Shown one piece after another: positions 38,049 through 48,621 of a DNA stretch of 62,805 bases. The notes beneath the pieces are model-generated. The model saw only the letters and a program-made list of their open reading frames with translations, was not told the origin of the DNA and did not search any database. The DNA is from Verrucomicrobiia bacterium. Lineage in GTDB: Bacteria; Verrucomicrobiota; Verrucomicrobiia; Verrucomicrobiales; DEV007. The stretch is taken from assembly GCA_020439925.1 (NCBI GenBank), contig JAGRPC010000023.1, forward strand, positions 1 through 62,805, in the 5' to 3' direction. Each line of letters starts with the position of its first letter. Within the stretch, counting starts at the first letter, position 1. The translations under genes were made by a program, and so were the position numbers.

Positions 38049-39170
38049 TCATTTTTGCTCTGTCGATAAGTGGTCTGCCAATTCGTAACTCGTGCTGCGG
38101 CCCCCTGCCTCGTTCTTGACCAGCACACCGAGTTCGACGAGGGCGCGGATGTCGCGCAGGGCAGTGTCTTCCGAGCACTTTGCCAGCTTCGCGTATTTCG
38201 AGGTGGTGAGCTTGCCTTCGAATCCGTCCAAGAGACGGTTGATGACTTTGCGCTGACGCTCGTTCACCGGATTCTGATTCAACCGTTCCCACAGCTTCGC
38301 CTTGCGGAGCACTGCGGAGAGTGTTTCGTCGGATCCTTGGATCGCGCGACCGAGGCAGCCGAGAAACCATTCCAGCCAGTCGGTCACGTCGAGGTCGCCG
38401 CGCTGACCGCGCTCGAGCCGGAGATAATACGCCTTCCGCTCGGCTTCGATCTGCGAGGACATGCTGTAAAAGCGGTCTGCGGTTCCGTCGGCCCTTGCCA
38501 GAGCCAGATCGGCGATGGCTCTTCCAATCCGTCCGTTGCCATCCTCGAAGGGATGGATCGTTACGAACCAGAAATGGGCCAGGCCCGCCCGGAGAACCGG
38601 GTCGATCTTCCGATCGCTCTCGAACCATTGAAGGAAGGCGGACATTTCCCGGTCGAGGCGCTCCGCCGCCGGGGCCTCGAAATGAATCGTTTCCCGGCCA
38701 ATCGGGCCTGACACCACCTGCATGGGGCCGGCTTCGGCGGGCCGCCATGCGCCAACGGTGATCCGGTTCAGGCCGCTTCGTCCGCTCGGAAACAAGGCCG
38801 CGTGCCAGCCGAAGAGTCGCTCGGCGTTGAGCGGCTCGGAAAAGCACTGGGTGGCATCAAGCATCATCTCGACGATGCCTTCCACATCGCGGCCGACGAT
38901 GATCGCGCCGCCAACTTCTAGCCCGAGACGTCGGGCAATCGAGGAGCGGACCTCCTCGGCGTTCAGCTTCTCTCCCTCAATGGCGCTGGATTTCATCACG
39001 TCCGCCGTGAGCGTGGTCAAGCGGGCTTCGGCCCTGAATTCAAAACCCAGTGCCTCCATCCGACCAAGCAATCTCCCCTGCCGATGCCGCACGTCGGCGA
39101 GCAGGTCGGCAAGGCGCCCCTGGTCCCAGGTAAGCTCAGGCCATCCCTCCAATTCGTGAATAAATCCCAT
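38049..39170 (-). CDS. Fic-family protein (DUF4172 N-terminus, C-terminal wHTH)
   Basis: SSAIEGE inhibitory motif, HPFEDGNGRIGR, TALRDI. Confidence 0.93.
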   Translation of the reverse strand: MGFIHELEGWPELTWDQGRLADLLADVRHRQGRLLGRMEALGFEFRAEARLTTLTADVMKSSAIEGEKLNAEEVRSSIARRLGLEVGGAIIVGRDVEGIVEMMLDATQCFSEPLNAERLFGWHAALFPSGRSGLNRITVGAWRPAEAGPMQVVSGPIGRETIHFEAPAAERLDREMSAFLQWFESDRKIDPVLRAGLAHFWFVTIHPFEDGNGRIGRAIADLALARADGTADRFYSMSSQIEAERKAYYLRLERGQRGDLDVTDWLEWFLGCLGRAIQGSDETLSAVLRKAKLWERLNQNPVNERQRKVINRLLDGFEGKLTTSKYAKLAKCSEDTALRDIRALVELGVLVKNEAGGRSTSYELADHLSTEQK

Positions 39171-39598
39171 AATCACCGCTCCTTTTGCGGAGATTGTAAC
39201 AAGGATTCCCCGCAAAGTCAATATTCTCCGCACTTCCTGCGGTGAATCAGCCTCTTTTCACCGCAGATGTGGCCATAGCTCCACATCTTACCGCACGAGA
39301 CATAGTTCAGGGGTCCCAATCTCCGCAAACCTTCCGCCGTCCTGATAACACGCGCTCAAACGGAGCCGCCTGAGCCGGTTTGAAGAAGGTCATTTTTGAG
39401 TTCTGCGACGCGCTCCTTGCTCGTGAACCACACCTTGAGGGAGGGCTCGGTTTTTGGCGGAAACCGAAAGCCCGTCAACCCCCTGCCCGCTCCATTCGCT
39501 TCGCTCCCGTGTTGGAGGCGTGACTGGCTCCCTAATGGTCCCCGCCTCTTTACCGTCGCCCCCACGGTGGGGTGTAAACACTAACCAGGAGCAATAAC

Positions 39599-39961
39599 AT
39601 GTCACAGAAAACACTCAAAATTGAAGACCTTCAGCAGTTTACCGGCACGGAAGTCTGGCACCGCCACCCGATCGCGCGGAAAATCCTCTACACCGACGGC
39701 GCTGAACATGTCGCGGAGAACGGCGGAGCCTACTGGCTCCTTGATGAGATCGCCTTCGCTCAATCCATCCGAACGGTCGCTTCGGAAGAGTTCCAAGTCT
39801 GGAACCTGAAAGTCGAGGAAGACCGAACCGCGCTGCTCACCTGCGACGACGGGAACTCGAACATCCGCTTCTCGAAGCGGATTGAATTCACGGACTTTCC
39901 GCTGGACGGGATCCGGTTCTACTTCACCGGGAACGTGATCCTCCTGCCAAGCGAATACTGA
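39599..39961 (+). CDS. Conserved mobile-element small protein (DUF6876-like)
   Basis: LQQFTGTE, TDG, AYWLLD, DDGN, TDFPL, LLPSEY; AGGAG RBS. Confidence 0.75.
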   Translation: MSQKTLKIEDLQQFTGTEVWHRHPIARKILYTDGAEHVAENGGAYWLLDEIAFAQSIRTVASEEFQVWNLKVEEDRTALLTCDDGNSNIRFSKRIEFTDFPLDGIRFYFTGNVILLPSEY

Positions 39962-40350
39962 TTCGCTCCGAAGACTCCCGCCCAGGACATCTTGGGCGGG
40001 ATCTCTCCGTTTCTCCCCCACGCCCTTCCGTCCTCCTTTGGCAGAACTGGAAAACCAGCCCTTGCCTTGCCGAGGACCAAATGGCTTTCCACCCCAACCT
40101 CTTGGACCAAACCTGAACCTGCTCCGAACCTCGCCCCTTCAGCGCCCCCGTCTTCCTTCGCTGGGGATCGCAGCTTCTTCGCGAGGATTCAGGTTCCGTC
40201 CGCTTTTCCACCATCCCGTCCCGAAAGGACAGGGGAAGCGCGTTTCTGCGCAGGCTTGAAACATCTTATGAGCATTCGCAGGCGAGTCACCTCAGTCCGA
40301 GCCGCTTCCCCTTGAAAATCAGTAAAACTTAATCTAAACAAGATAAATAA

Positions 40351-43300
40351 ATGGAACTTTTTCCTCGATGGACTGGAACCCTACGGCTTCCTCCGCTCCC
40401 AGAGCGATCGAAGAAGATTGGAAAAAATACCGTTATTCAGAGGGTCTTCGGCGGCCTTGAAGCAAAAGCAAAAATCTTTCGGTCCGGCCGCCCCGGATAT
40501 GATGTGATTCAGCTGGAGACCGATGCTCCCTTTAACGAACTTTTGCTTCGGCATAAGCGCGCCCACAAAACACCTACCAAGGAGCCAGTCGTTACCTCCG
40601 AAGACCTCGACGAATCAGAGGACTTCCCCGACCACTTTACCCTGAAGTGGGAATCACTCGGGATCCTCGCTGCACGTGGAGTCACTCCGGATGACGTTCT
40701 CGCCAATTGGGATCGAGCGTTCAAATTCAAATCTTCAGCGATCGGAAGCGACGAACCCGGATTGCGACCACCGCAAATCGGAGCGCTGCACGCAATCGCT
40801 GCCCACTTCTCAGTGGGAAGCGAGTTCGAACCGGCGACAGTGGTTCTTCCGACGGGAACCGGAAAAACTGACACGATGCTCGCCACTTTGGTTTATCTCC
40901 GTCTCAAAAGGACACTCGTCCTCGTTCCTTCCGATGCCCTCCGCGGGCAGATCTCAAAGAAATTTATCGACCTCGGAGTTCTCGCCGACGCCGAGACGGT
41001 CTCAAAGACGATTGCAAGACCCAGAGTTGCAGTCCTCAAATCCGGTTTGAAAAGCATTGCAGAGGCCCGCGAAATCCTCGAGAACGCAAACGTCATCGTT
41101 TCCCTTCCCAACTCAATTCACGAGTCCCAACCAAGCGCCCTTCGGGAACTCGTCAATGGCTGCACTGACCTTATTGTCGATGAAGCGCATCACATTCCCG
41201 CGAAGTCCTGGGCAGCACTACGCTCACACTTTGATGCCAAACGTGTGATCCAGTTCACCGCCACACCTTATCGCCGCGACGGGAAGCGAATTGATGGAAA
41301 AATCATCTTCAATTACAAACTTGGAGATGCCCAGCGTGACGAATACTACCAGCGAATAAATCTCCGAACGATCGCTGAGTATGGCGACGAATCCGAACGA
41401 GACATAGCCATCGCAAGAGAGGCAATTGCGGCATTGAGGCGGGATCGAGAGGAATTGAACCTTGATCACCTCCTTATGGCGCGAACCTCTCAAAAGGAGA
41501 GAGCCAAACGAGTCGCGGAAATCTACCAAAGCCTTGCCCCAGAATACAAACCGCAGCTAATCTACTCGGGACCAGGAAGGACCGAACCAAATCGGACGGC
41601 AAAGGAAATGATTCAGGATCGAGGTCCCGACGGTGCTCGAATCATCGTCTGCGTCGACATGCTTGGCGAAGGATTTGACCTTCCGAATCTGAAAATCGCT
41701 GCCTTTCACGATGTCCACAAGTCCCTCGCCATCTCTCTGCAATTCATAGGACGTTTCACCCGATCACCAAAAGATACTCGAATCGGTGAGGCGACGGCAG
41801 TCGTAAATCTTGCGGACGCAGAAACCGAAGGCAAACTCAGCGCCCTATACTCGGAAGGGGCAGAATGGGACAAAATCATTCGCCGCTTGAGCGAGGATCG
41901 AATCGAGAGCGAAATTAGACTCGAAGAAGTAGTCTCCTCGCTGAAGGAATTTGGCGATCTTCATTCAAAGCTCTCGCTTTGGAACTTACGCCCTGCTCTC
42001 TCCGCTCAGTTCTTCAGAACCGCAGTTTCGCAATGGAATCCAAACGCATTTAGTCAAATCTTACCGAAGAACGCCGTCTATTGGCACGCCTACAGCGAGC
42101 AGACGGGCACCCTCGTTGCCGTCGTCTGTCGCGACCTGAAGATTGACTGGGGCGAATATCAGAGCATTTATGACACCGTGTTCGATTTACTCATTCTTCG
42201 CTGGGTAGCATCAGAGAATCTCCTTTGCGTCTATGCCAGCGACTTCAAAGGCCTGAAAACCGAGAGCCTTGCGGAAGCGGTAACAGACGTTCGGACAGAA
42301 CTCATCTCCGGTGACGTAATCTTCAATGTGCTCAATAACGTGAACTTGCCGCTTGTGAAGAATCTCGGATCGTCGAGAATCGGCGCAATCAGCTTTACGT
42401 CATATTTCGGCCCGAACGTGACTGAGGGACTTGCGGATATTGAGAAATCGGAATCGCAATTGAGCAACATCGCCTGTGTTGGCTACGAGTGTGGGGAACG
42501 CGTTCTTTGGGGATGCGCCTCCCGCCGGGGCAAGATCTGGCAGCACAGCGCGGGAACAATCTCGGGTTGGATTGAGTGGACGAATCGAGCTTGGGAGAAA
42601 ATGAAAAACTCAAGCGGCGACACTTCTAACGTCACCCGCGACTTTCTTCGCCCACAGAAACTAGAAAAGCATCACGACTCATACCCGATCTCAATTCAGT
42701 GGGGGGAGCAGGCACAGACAAAATTCGGCGAGCGCTATTTCATCGAATTCGACGGACAACCCGAACCTCTTTTTGCGATCGATCTTGCGATTTACGACGT
42801 TCGAAACAATGGGGCGATTGACTTTTCCGTTTCTTCAGAAACCAAGACTTCGATTTACAGGCTCTATATTGATAAAGGAGAGCCAGGGGGATACTCTCAT
42901 ACTCATATCTCCGGTCCCAAGCTCACATGTCATTTCGGCGGCAGGGCGACTTTTGAACTTACGGAATATCTCAGAAAGCGGGATCCGTTCATTATTCGCT
43001 ACGCTGACGGAACCTACTCTTACAACTGCTACCACATTCCGACAAATCTGTCAGCGTTTACCTTTGATCGAGCAAAGATCGAGTCCTTTGACTGGAAAGG
43101 GATTGATCTTACAGCCGAATCGATGGGGAAAGACCAGGATCCGAAGACCATTCAGTTTCGGGTCTATGAAAGAATTCGAGACGAGCATGACCTCGTGTTT
43201 AATGACGACGATAAGGGCGAGGCCGCGGACCTCGTTTGCATAAAAGAGACATCGCCTGATACACTAAAGCTCACGCTCGTCCACTGCAAAGGAGCCCATG

Positions 43301-43650
43301 AGGGAAGGGTTTCGAAGGATATTCGAAACTTCTACACCCTCTGCGGTCAAGCGCAGAAAAGTGTTATCGTAAAACATTTGGGGATTCCAGCCCTTATTCA
43401 GAACTTGATTCGCCGGGAGGATCGCTGGAAGGAGCAAGGAAAAACACGGATTCTAAAAGGTGATAGAAAGCTCTTGAGCACGCTTTCGGAGAAGTCCCGC
43501 CGTTCCAAACTGGAATTTGAGATGATTCTTGTCCAACCGGGGGCTTCCACTGGCGCTTTAACCGATGATATCTCCCGCCTACTCGGAACAACTGAACTTT
43601 TCGTTAAGAAGACCACTCAAGGAACGCTTCGTGTAATTCTTTCCGAATAG
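40351..43650 (+). CDS. SF2 (ResIII-like DEAH) helicase fused to C-terminal PD-(D/E)xK-like nuclease
   Basis: PTGTGKT, DEAHH, TATP, EGFDLP, QFIGR; C-terminal DDDKGEAAD...HCK...Q..KS. Confidence 0.85.
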   Translation: MELFPRWTGTLRLPPLPERSKKIGKNTVIQRVFGGLEAKAKIFRSGRPGYDVIQLETDAPFNELLLRHKRAHKTPTKEPVVTSEDLDESEDFPDHFTLKWESLGILAARGVTPDDVLANWDRAFKFKSSAIGSDEPGLRPPQIGALHAIAAHFSVGSEFEPATVVLPTGTGKTDTMLATLVYLRLKRTLVLVPSDALRGQISKKFIDLGVLADAETVSKTIARPRVAVLKSGLKSIAEAREILENANVIVSLPNSIHESQPSALRELVNGCTDLIVDEAHHIPAKSWAALRSHFDAKRVIQFTATPYRRDGKRIDGKIIFNYKLGDAQRDEYYQRINLRTIAEYGDESERDIAIAREAIAALRRDREELNLDHLLMARTSQKERAKRVAEIYQSLAPEYKPQLIYSGPGRTEPNRTAKEMIQDRGPDGARIIVCVDMLGEGFDLPNLKIAAFHDVHKSLAISLQFIGRFTRSPKDTRIGEATAVVNLADAETEGKLSALYSEGAEWDKIIRRLSEDRIESEIRLEEVVSSLKEFGDLHSKLSLWNLRPALSAQFFRTAVSQWNPNAFSQILPKNAVYWHAYSEQTGTLVAVVCRDLKIDWGEYQSIYDTVFDLLILRWVASENLLCVYASDFKGLKTESLAEAVTDVRTELISGDVIFNVLNNVNLPLVKNLGSSRIGAISFTSYFGPNVTEGLADIEKSESQLSNIACVGYECGERVLWGCASRRGKIWQHSAGTISGWIEWTNRAWEKMKNSSGDTSNVTRDFLRPQKLEKHHDSYPISIQWGEQAQTKFGERYFIEFDGQPEPLFAIDLAIYDVRNNGAIDFSVSSETKTSIYRLYIDKGEPGGYSHTHISGPKLTCHFGGRATFELTEYLRKRDPFIIRYADGTYSYNCYHIPTNLSAFTFDRAKIESFDWKGIDLTAESMGKDQDPKTIQFRVYERIRDEHDLVFNDDDKGEAADLVCIKETSPDTLKLTLVHCKGAHEGRVSKDIRNFYTLCGQAQKSVIVKHLGIPALIQNLIRREDRWKEQGKTRILKGDRKLLSTLSEKSRRSKLEFEMILVQPGASTGALTDDISRLLGTTELFVKKTTQGTLRVILSE

Positions 43651-43696
43651 GACGTATCGACATCCTCAATCTCGCGAGTCGTCTTAATTTTATGCC

Positions 43697-44629
43697 ATGA
43701 TCTTAGGACCATTCATCGCACATCACCGGGAGATCGATCCAGAGACGTTTCCTGGCTTCCCATACACAGGATATTGCTTCCAGGTTGCAGAAGGGGACGA
43801 TCTTCTTGAAATTCCGATTTACTACGATGAGGAGCAGTATTTTCCGGGAAGGAAAGAGTATTCTGACTTTTTCTTAAACGTTGAGGATGTTCCATTCAGC
43901 TTTTACTATTCTCCAGGCTATCACCTTAAGCACCTCGGCGCCGGAGAAACGCTGATTCGTTTTGAACCTGTTTTTATCGGACTGTGTCACCACTTCAGTG
44001 TTAATCCAATCGAATCTCTTCAACTTCTCCGCGACGCTGCTTCGAGCCTCAAGATAAACTCGACGCCACTCCATCGAGAACCTCTACTCCCAGCGAAGGG
44101 GTTGCTTCATCCGCGTGTCGAGCAGCTCGGCTTTGTTCTCAATAAGCCGTATTCATACGAGCGCATTCTTCAGATCGATCTGAATTTTCGCATCCGGAAG
44201 CTGGACGACGGTAAAGACCTCGAAATTCGCGCCTACCAGTGGCAGGTGCGCCCAACCGCAGATGGAAAGCTTGGAAAGCTTGGAAAGCTTGCTTTCCGTC
44301 GCCCGAATCTCGAGGAAAGCTATCACCTAGATGATCTCTTTCTTCACGCTCTCATGGCGGAAGGAATCACCCCGAAAAACCTGCTAACGCCCGCCGGTGA
44401 ATCTGCCTTAATTGCGAATTATGAGTGGACCAAGCTGGCTCGCATGACAAATGCAGAGGCAAAGAAAGAACGTCTGTCACTTATCGCAAAACACCCAGAA
44501 CTTTGGGATGACCTTGGGTCACTTGCGGATCTTCTGATATCGCATGAATTGTATTCTCCAAACACTTCCCGAAGTCAGATTATCAAATTTCTTCCTAGGC
44601 AGATTTCCAAGGCGCGGAAATCATATTGA
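43697..44629 (+). CDS. Hypothetical protein downstream of the helicase
   Basis: 310-aa co-oriented ORF. Confidence 0.65.
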   Translation: MILGPFIAHHREIDPETFPGFPYTGYCFQVAEGDDLLEIPIYYDEEQYFPGRKEYSDFFLNVEDVPFSFYYSPGYHLKHLGAGETLIRFEPVFIGLCHHFSVNPIESLQLLRDAASSLKINSTPLHREPLLPAKGLLHPRVEQLGFVLNKPYSYERILQIDLNFRIRKLDDGKDLEIRAYQWQVRPTADGKLGKLGKLAFRRPNLEESYHLDDLFLHALMAEGITPKNLLTPAGESALIANYEWTKLARMTNAEAKKERLSLIAKHPELWDDLGSLADLLISHELYSPNTSRSQIIKFLPRQISKARKSY

Positions 44630-45181
44630 TTCGCTTTTCTTCTGAGCCCAAATTTTTCTTTAAACTATATTTTATTTGGCGCTTTTAGTTCTCTCACCAA
44701 GGGAAATGCCTTTCCCTCGCCGCCACGCTGTTGCCGGCTACCCATTCTAACGGGAAGTCTCCCGTAACGCCCTCGCCGCCACATGACGGAGACTGGCTCT
44801 CCTTCAGCAGCTTTCGCGATGCTCCAGCGCGGAAGCGCCAGACACCGTCATTGCCCCCACAAGAGCCAAGAACACCGAAAGAAGGCTTGGTCCGGCACGC
44901 TTGCTGCCTTCGCTCCCGCTTTGCCTTCCCAACCTCTTTCCGTGTGAATCTCGCTGCCCTCCGGCAGCATCACCCCGCCGCCCGCTTCTTTCAGGCGCTT
45001 GAGGCGGCTTAAGACCCCTTACGGACGTTCGGCTCCGTCAAGGGCATCCAAAGGCTGTCCCTAAAGGGCACCCTCCTTCGGAGCCTCCCTATGACTGCCC
45101 GCCCGCTCCTTCGGTTGTTGGCCCCTACGGGTTTCGCAAAGGCCAATTGCTTTTGCTGAAACCCAAAACTGAAGGAACATC

Positions 45182-46081
45182 ATGAAAGAAGATATATACG
45201 AACAAGTCACAAATCGCATTCTCTCGCAACTTGAACAGGGCGTTGCCCCGTGGAGGTCGCCCTACTTCTCAAAGGTCGGATTCCCCCGCAACTTCTCAAC
45301 CGGGAAAGCCTACCGGGGAATCAATGTCTTTCTACTCGGAAGCCTCCGCTTCACTTCGCCCTATTTCCTGACCTTCATTCAGGCGAAAGAGCTTGGCGGA
45401 CACGTCCGGAAAGGTGAAAAAGGTTCTCTGGTCGTCAAATATGGCACCTACTCGAAACACGAGGAGGAGACCACCGCAGACGGAGAGGGTGCCGGAGAGA
45501 CTCGCCGCTTCCTGAAAGCCTACACGGTTTTTCATGCTTCGCAGATTGAAGGAATCGAGTTCCCGCAGTCCGATTCTCTCCCAGCTCTGACCATGACCGA
45601 GAAGACCGCTCGCGCCCGTGCAATCGTTGAAGCGATGCCCTGCCCGCCTTCCTTCCACGAGGGAAGCGCGGTCCCGTGCTACCGCCGCAGCTCCGACAGC
45701 GTCCACATGCCTGAACGGCACTACTTCGAAAGCGAAGAGGCGTATTTCTCGACCCTCTTTCACGAGCTCGCACACTCAACCGGGCACGCCTCGCGACTTG
45801 CTCGCAAGTCAATGCTCGAAAACAAGGGAATCGACGCAGCAGGCGACACCGCCCGCAAAATCTACGCGGAAGAAGAACTTGTCGCAGAAATGGCAGCGTC
45901 ATTCCTGAACGCTCACGCCGGCATTATCGAAGACGAGCACGCCAACTCAAGCGCCTACCTTCAAGCGTGGATTTATGCGCTTCGCAGCAAAGACGCGAAG
46001 ACCTGGATTGTCCGCGCCGCTTCGCAGGCGCAGAAAGCCGCCGACTACATCCTCGGAGTTTCCGCAGATTCCGAAGGCTGA
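45182..46081 (+). CDS. ardC: ArdC antirestriction protein (ssDNA-binding + zincin-like domain)
   Basis: YRGIN, GGHVRKGEKG, HELAHSTGH, YAEEELVAE, YLQAW, AQKAADYI. Confidence 0.93.
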   Translation: MKEDIYEQVTNRILSQLEQGVAPWRSPYFSKVGFPRNFSTGKAYRGINVFLLGSLRFTSPYFLTFIQAKELGGHVRKGEKGSLVVKYGTYSKHEEETTADGEGAGETRRFLKAYTVFHASQIEGIEFPQSDSLPALTMTEKTARARAIVEAMPCPPSFHEGSAVPCYRRSSDSVHMPERHYFESEEAYFSTLFHELAHSTGHASRLARKSMLENKGIDAAGDTARKIYAEEELVAEMAASFLNAHAGIIEDEHANSSAYLQAWIYALRSKDAKTWIVRAASQAQKAADYILGVSADSEG

Positions 46082-46289
46082 CAGAATCTCAAGAGCAAGA
46101 GCCGCAGGCAGCCCTGCGGCACCTTGCCGCATCCGAGAAGGGGATTCACTTTTTTGTGTTACCCACCCGACCCAGCCCTGAAAGCGCCGCCTTACGGCGG
46201 CTTGTTTCGCTTCTACTTCGTGAAGCGGAAGATTGGCAAAAAAGTGAAGCCGTCCGAAGGACGGTGCTCCATTCGGAGTTAGAGATTCC

Positions 46290-47366
46290 TTACCCATTGG
46301 TTGGAAATCGACGCGGGCGGAATCTGGCGATCTCGTCGGGCTTATCCATGAACGGCTTGGCGAGGGCGTTAGGAGCTCGGCCTGCAATGTCTTCGAGCAA
46401 AGGTTGAATTCGTTCCCATTCCCAGTGGGAGATATGAGGTGGAATCTCTCCCCACCGGATATTTGAATCATTCGACTTCAGAGAGTGAAGCGAATGCCCA
46501 TAAACAGAATGCGGTTGCTCGATGAAAAAGTCCGCCAGGCGGTGAGACAGTGACTTGTGGCCCTTAATCCTCTCGGGGTGATATTCCAAAATCATCAATC
46601 CAGCCTGCAAAGTTGACATGCCGAGCTTGAAAGCTGCTTCGTAATCACTGTTTACGACATACCCGTTTAACCGAGACCGCGCTTCTTCATCGTCCGTTTC
46701 TCGGCAAAGAGCCTGCTTCAGAGCAATAAATGAGTCTAACGCCGGAAAGTCTGAATCAATCTTCGTCCGATTCTCTGCATTGTATTTCTCGAAATTCTTG
46801 GGACCCCAGAAAATGCAATGATATTCGATTGGGAACTCACTCCCGGAATCGCAAATCTTGCTTATCACTGAATTTTGAATGTCCCCCGGGGCGGCCGCCT
46901 GGAAGGGCAGTCGATGTTTGATCGACCAGATTCGTTTGCACCGGCCCTGCCTGTCCATGATCTGCGAATAGGGCCGTAGAGTTATGCGTCGTTGATCGTC
47001 GAGCTTTATTGAGTGAGCCCAGATTCTCTTCGGACCCGCCCCGTCGATTACCTTCTCGAGATCCTCGATCCGATGAAGAGCTGGAAGCTCGATGCCGCTC
47101 TTCCACCGACTGAATGAAGACGCCGTAACCCCTGTCTTCTCACAGAACGTCGCGGCATTCATTCCGAGAAGCTCCGGAAGGGGCGCGAGGAGGTCCGCCA
47201 TTCTTTCACGGAACGCCTGTTTTTTATCTTTCGGGGGCGGGTTCTTTCTCTCCGCGATAACGTGTTGGATGTATTCGTATTGGAGATCTGGAAGCTTTGC
47301 CCGAGACGCGGACTCGTCTTTGAGGATGGCGCGGATTTGATCGCGAAGTTCTTCAGGACTGCTCAT
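46290..47366 (-). CDS. XRE-HTH-containing regulator with uncharacterised C-terminal domain
   Basis: MNAATFCEKTGVTASSFSRWKSG..LP HTH. Confidence 0.7.
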   Translation of the reverse strand: MSSPEELRDQIRAILKDESASRAKLPDLQYEYIQHVIAERKNPPPKDKKQAFRERMADLLAPLPELLGMNAATFCEKTGVTASSFSRWKSGIELPALHRIEDLEKVIDGAGPKRIWAHSIKLDDQRRITLRPYSQIMDRQGRCKRIWSIKHRLPFQAAAPGDIQNSVISKICDSGSEFPIEYHCIFWGPKNFEKYNAENRTKIDSDFPALDSFIALKQALCRETDDEEARSRLNGYVVNSDYEAAFKLGMSTLQAGLMILEYHPERIKGHKSLSHRLADFFIEQPHSVYGHSLHSLKSNDSNIRWGEIPPHISHWEWERIQPLLEDIAGRAPNALAKPFMDKPDEIARFRPRRFPTNG

Positions 47367-47707
47367 AAGCGGGGTGGAATTCGGGGGAATGGAGCCTCCG
47401 TAGAAGATCGATGCGATTTGAAGCCCAGCAATTGAAATTGCGGGAATCGTCAGTTCTTGGCGCGGTTGCGCCAACAGCGCCCACGGACCCGCACTATAGG
47501 AAACTCCGCGAAACCTACGCAACCCATTTTACCTTAGTGGTTTACAACGGTTTTTTTCAATCTTTCGCGACCTTCCGCATTCCGTATTTCAGAAATCGCA
47601 ATGCGTTTCGCAATTTTTTTCGTGACGAGTCAATTGCGTTCTGGTATTCCCTTTGACGCCTAGGGACCGCCGGTGCGGTTCCGGTTCAGCCCAAACCTCA
47701 TCATCTC

Positions 47708-48022
47708 ATGTCATTCTCCAAAAACTCTGATTTTGGCCTCCCGGGAGGAGTCAACGTGACGAGCGCAAACCGTCATGATCTCAGACAACTTTTCCCTGGG
47801 GCCGTTCATCCCGACTGCCCAAATCCGACCGGTGTTCCCTTGGTTATTCCGGCGCTTGTCCAGGTGTGGGTTCTCCTTAATGGAGTTCTCCAAGACCATC
47901 TCTCTGAAAATCCTCAGGATCTTTACATTCTCCAGACAGAGCTCCAAGACCTCGTGGGCGAACCGCTTTCGATAAGAATTGGGTCGAACGGAGTTATCGT
48001 TGCGGTCCGTCCGGGAAGTTAG
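47708..48022 (+). CDS. Hypothetical protein divergent from the XRE gene
   Basis: 104-aa ORF. Confidence 0.45.
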   Translation: MSFSKNSDFGLPGGVNVTSANRHDLRQLFPGAVHPDCPNPTGVPLVIPALVQVWVLLNGVLQDHLSENPQDLYILQTELQDLVGEPLSIRIGSNGVIVAVRPGS

Positions 48023-48551
48023 CGCCAATCCGTGAGTTCGCCGGGATCTCGAAACGGTTCTCAACCGTGAACACTAAAATGCGGACAAGGAAGCTCTCCA
48101 TCCCTAACCGTTCCTGCCAATGAGTGATCTTCAATTCGGGTAAACCATGCTGAGAGTCATCTGACGGGTGTTCAAGATGGGCCTGAGTGGTTCGCGATCT
48201 CATAACTGCACCATGAGCATCCACCGTGAAAGAATACTCCATTGGGCAGCCCCATTCGTCCTTTTCGTTCCAATCGAAGTAACTTATTTGAAACTTTTCT
48301 TCCGGTCTAAAGCGATCACTCCAGTGACGTAAACGAACAATCCCCGCATTGTCGGGCAGCCTGAATTTCTTCTCCGGAGACCCATCCGAGAGAAGGTGAT
48401 CAATTAAAGCCTTAGTTCGCTTTTCATACGATTCAGTCACCGGATGATGACCAGAATCATCATTCAGTGACCGGCGGTGCCTCCGATGTTCGACAATCAA
48501 TGCCTCAGTTCGAGGAACGGCTCTATAGAAAAACCACCTTATCCATTTCAT
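47994..48551 (-). CDS. Hypothetical protein
   Basis: 185-aa ORF. Confidence 0.45.
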   Translation of the reverse strand: MKWIRWFFYRAVPRTEALIVEHRRHRRSLNDDSGHHPVTESYEKRTKALIDHLLSDGSPEKKFRLPDNAGIVRLRHWSDRFRPEEKFQISYFDWNEKDEWGCPMEYSFTVDAHGAVMRSRTTQAHLEHPSDDSQHGLPELKITHWQERLGMESFLVRILVFTVENRFEIPANSRIGANFPDGPQR

Positions 48552-48621
48552 TTGGGTGTGTCAAGGTTTCAGGTTGAAAGGCAAATCGTGTCAAGTCGAG
48601 CGAATTTCCTTCTCAAGGGTT

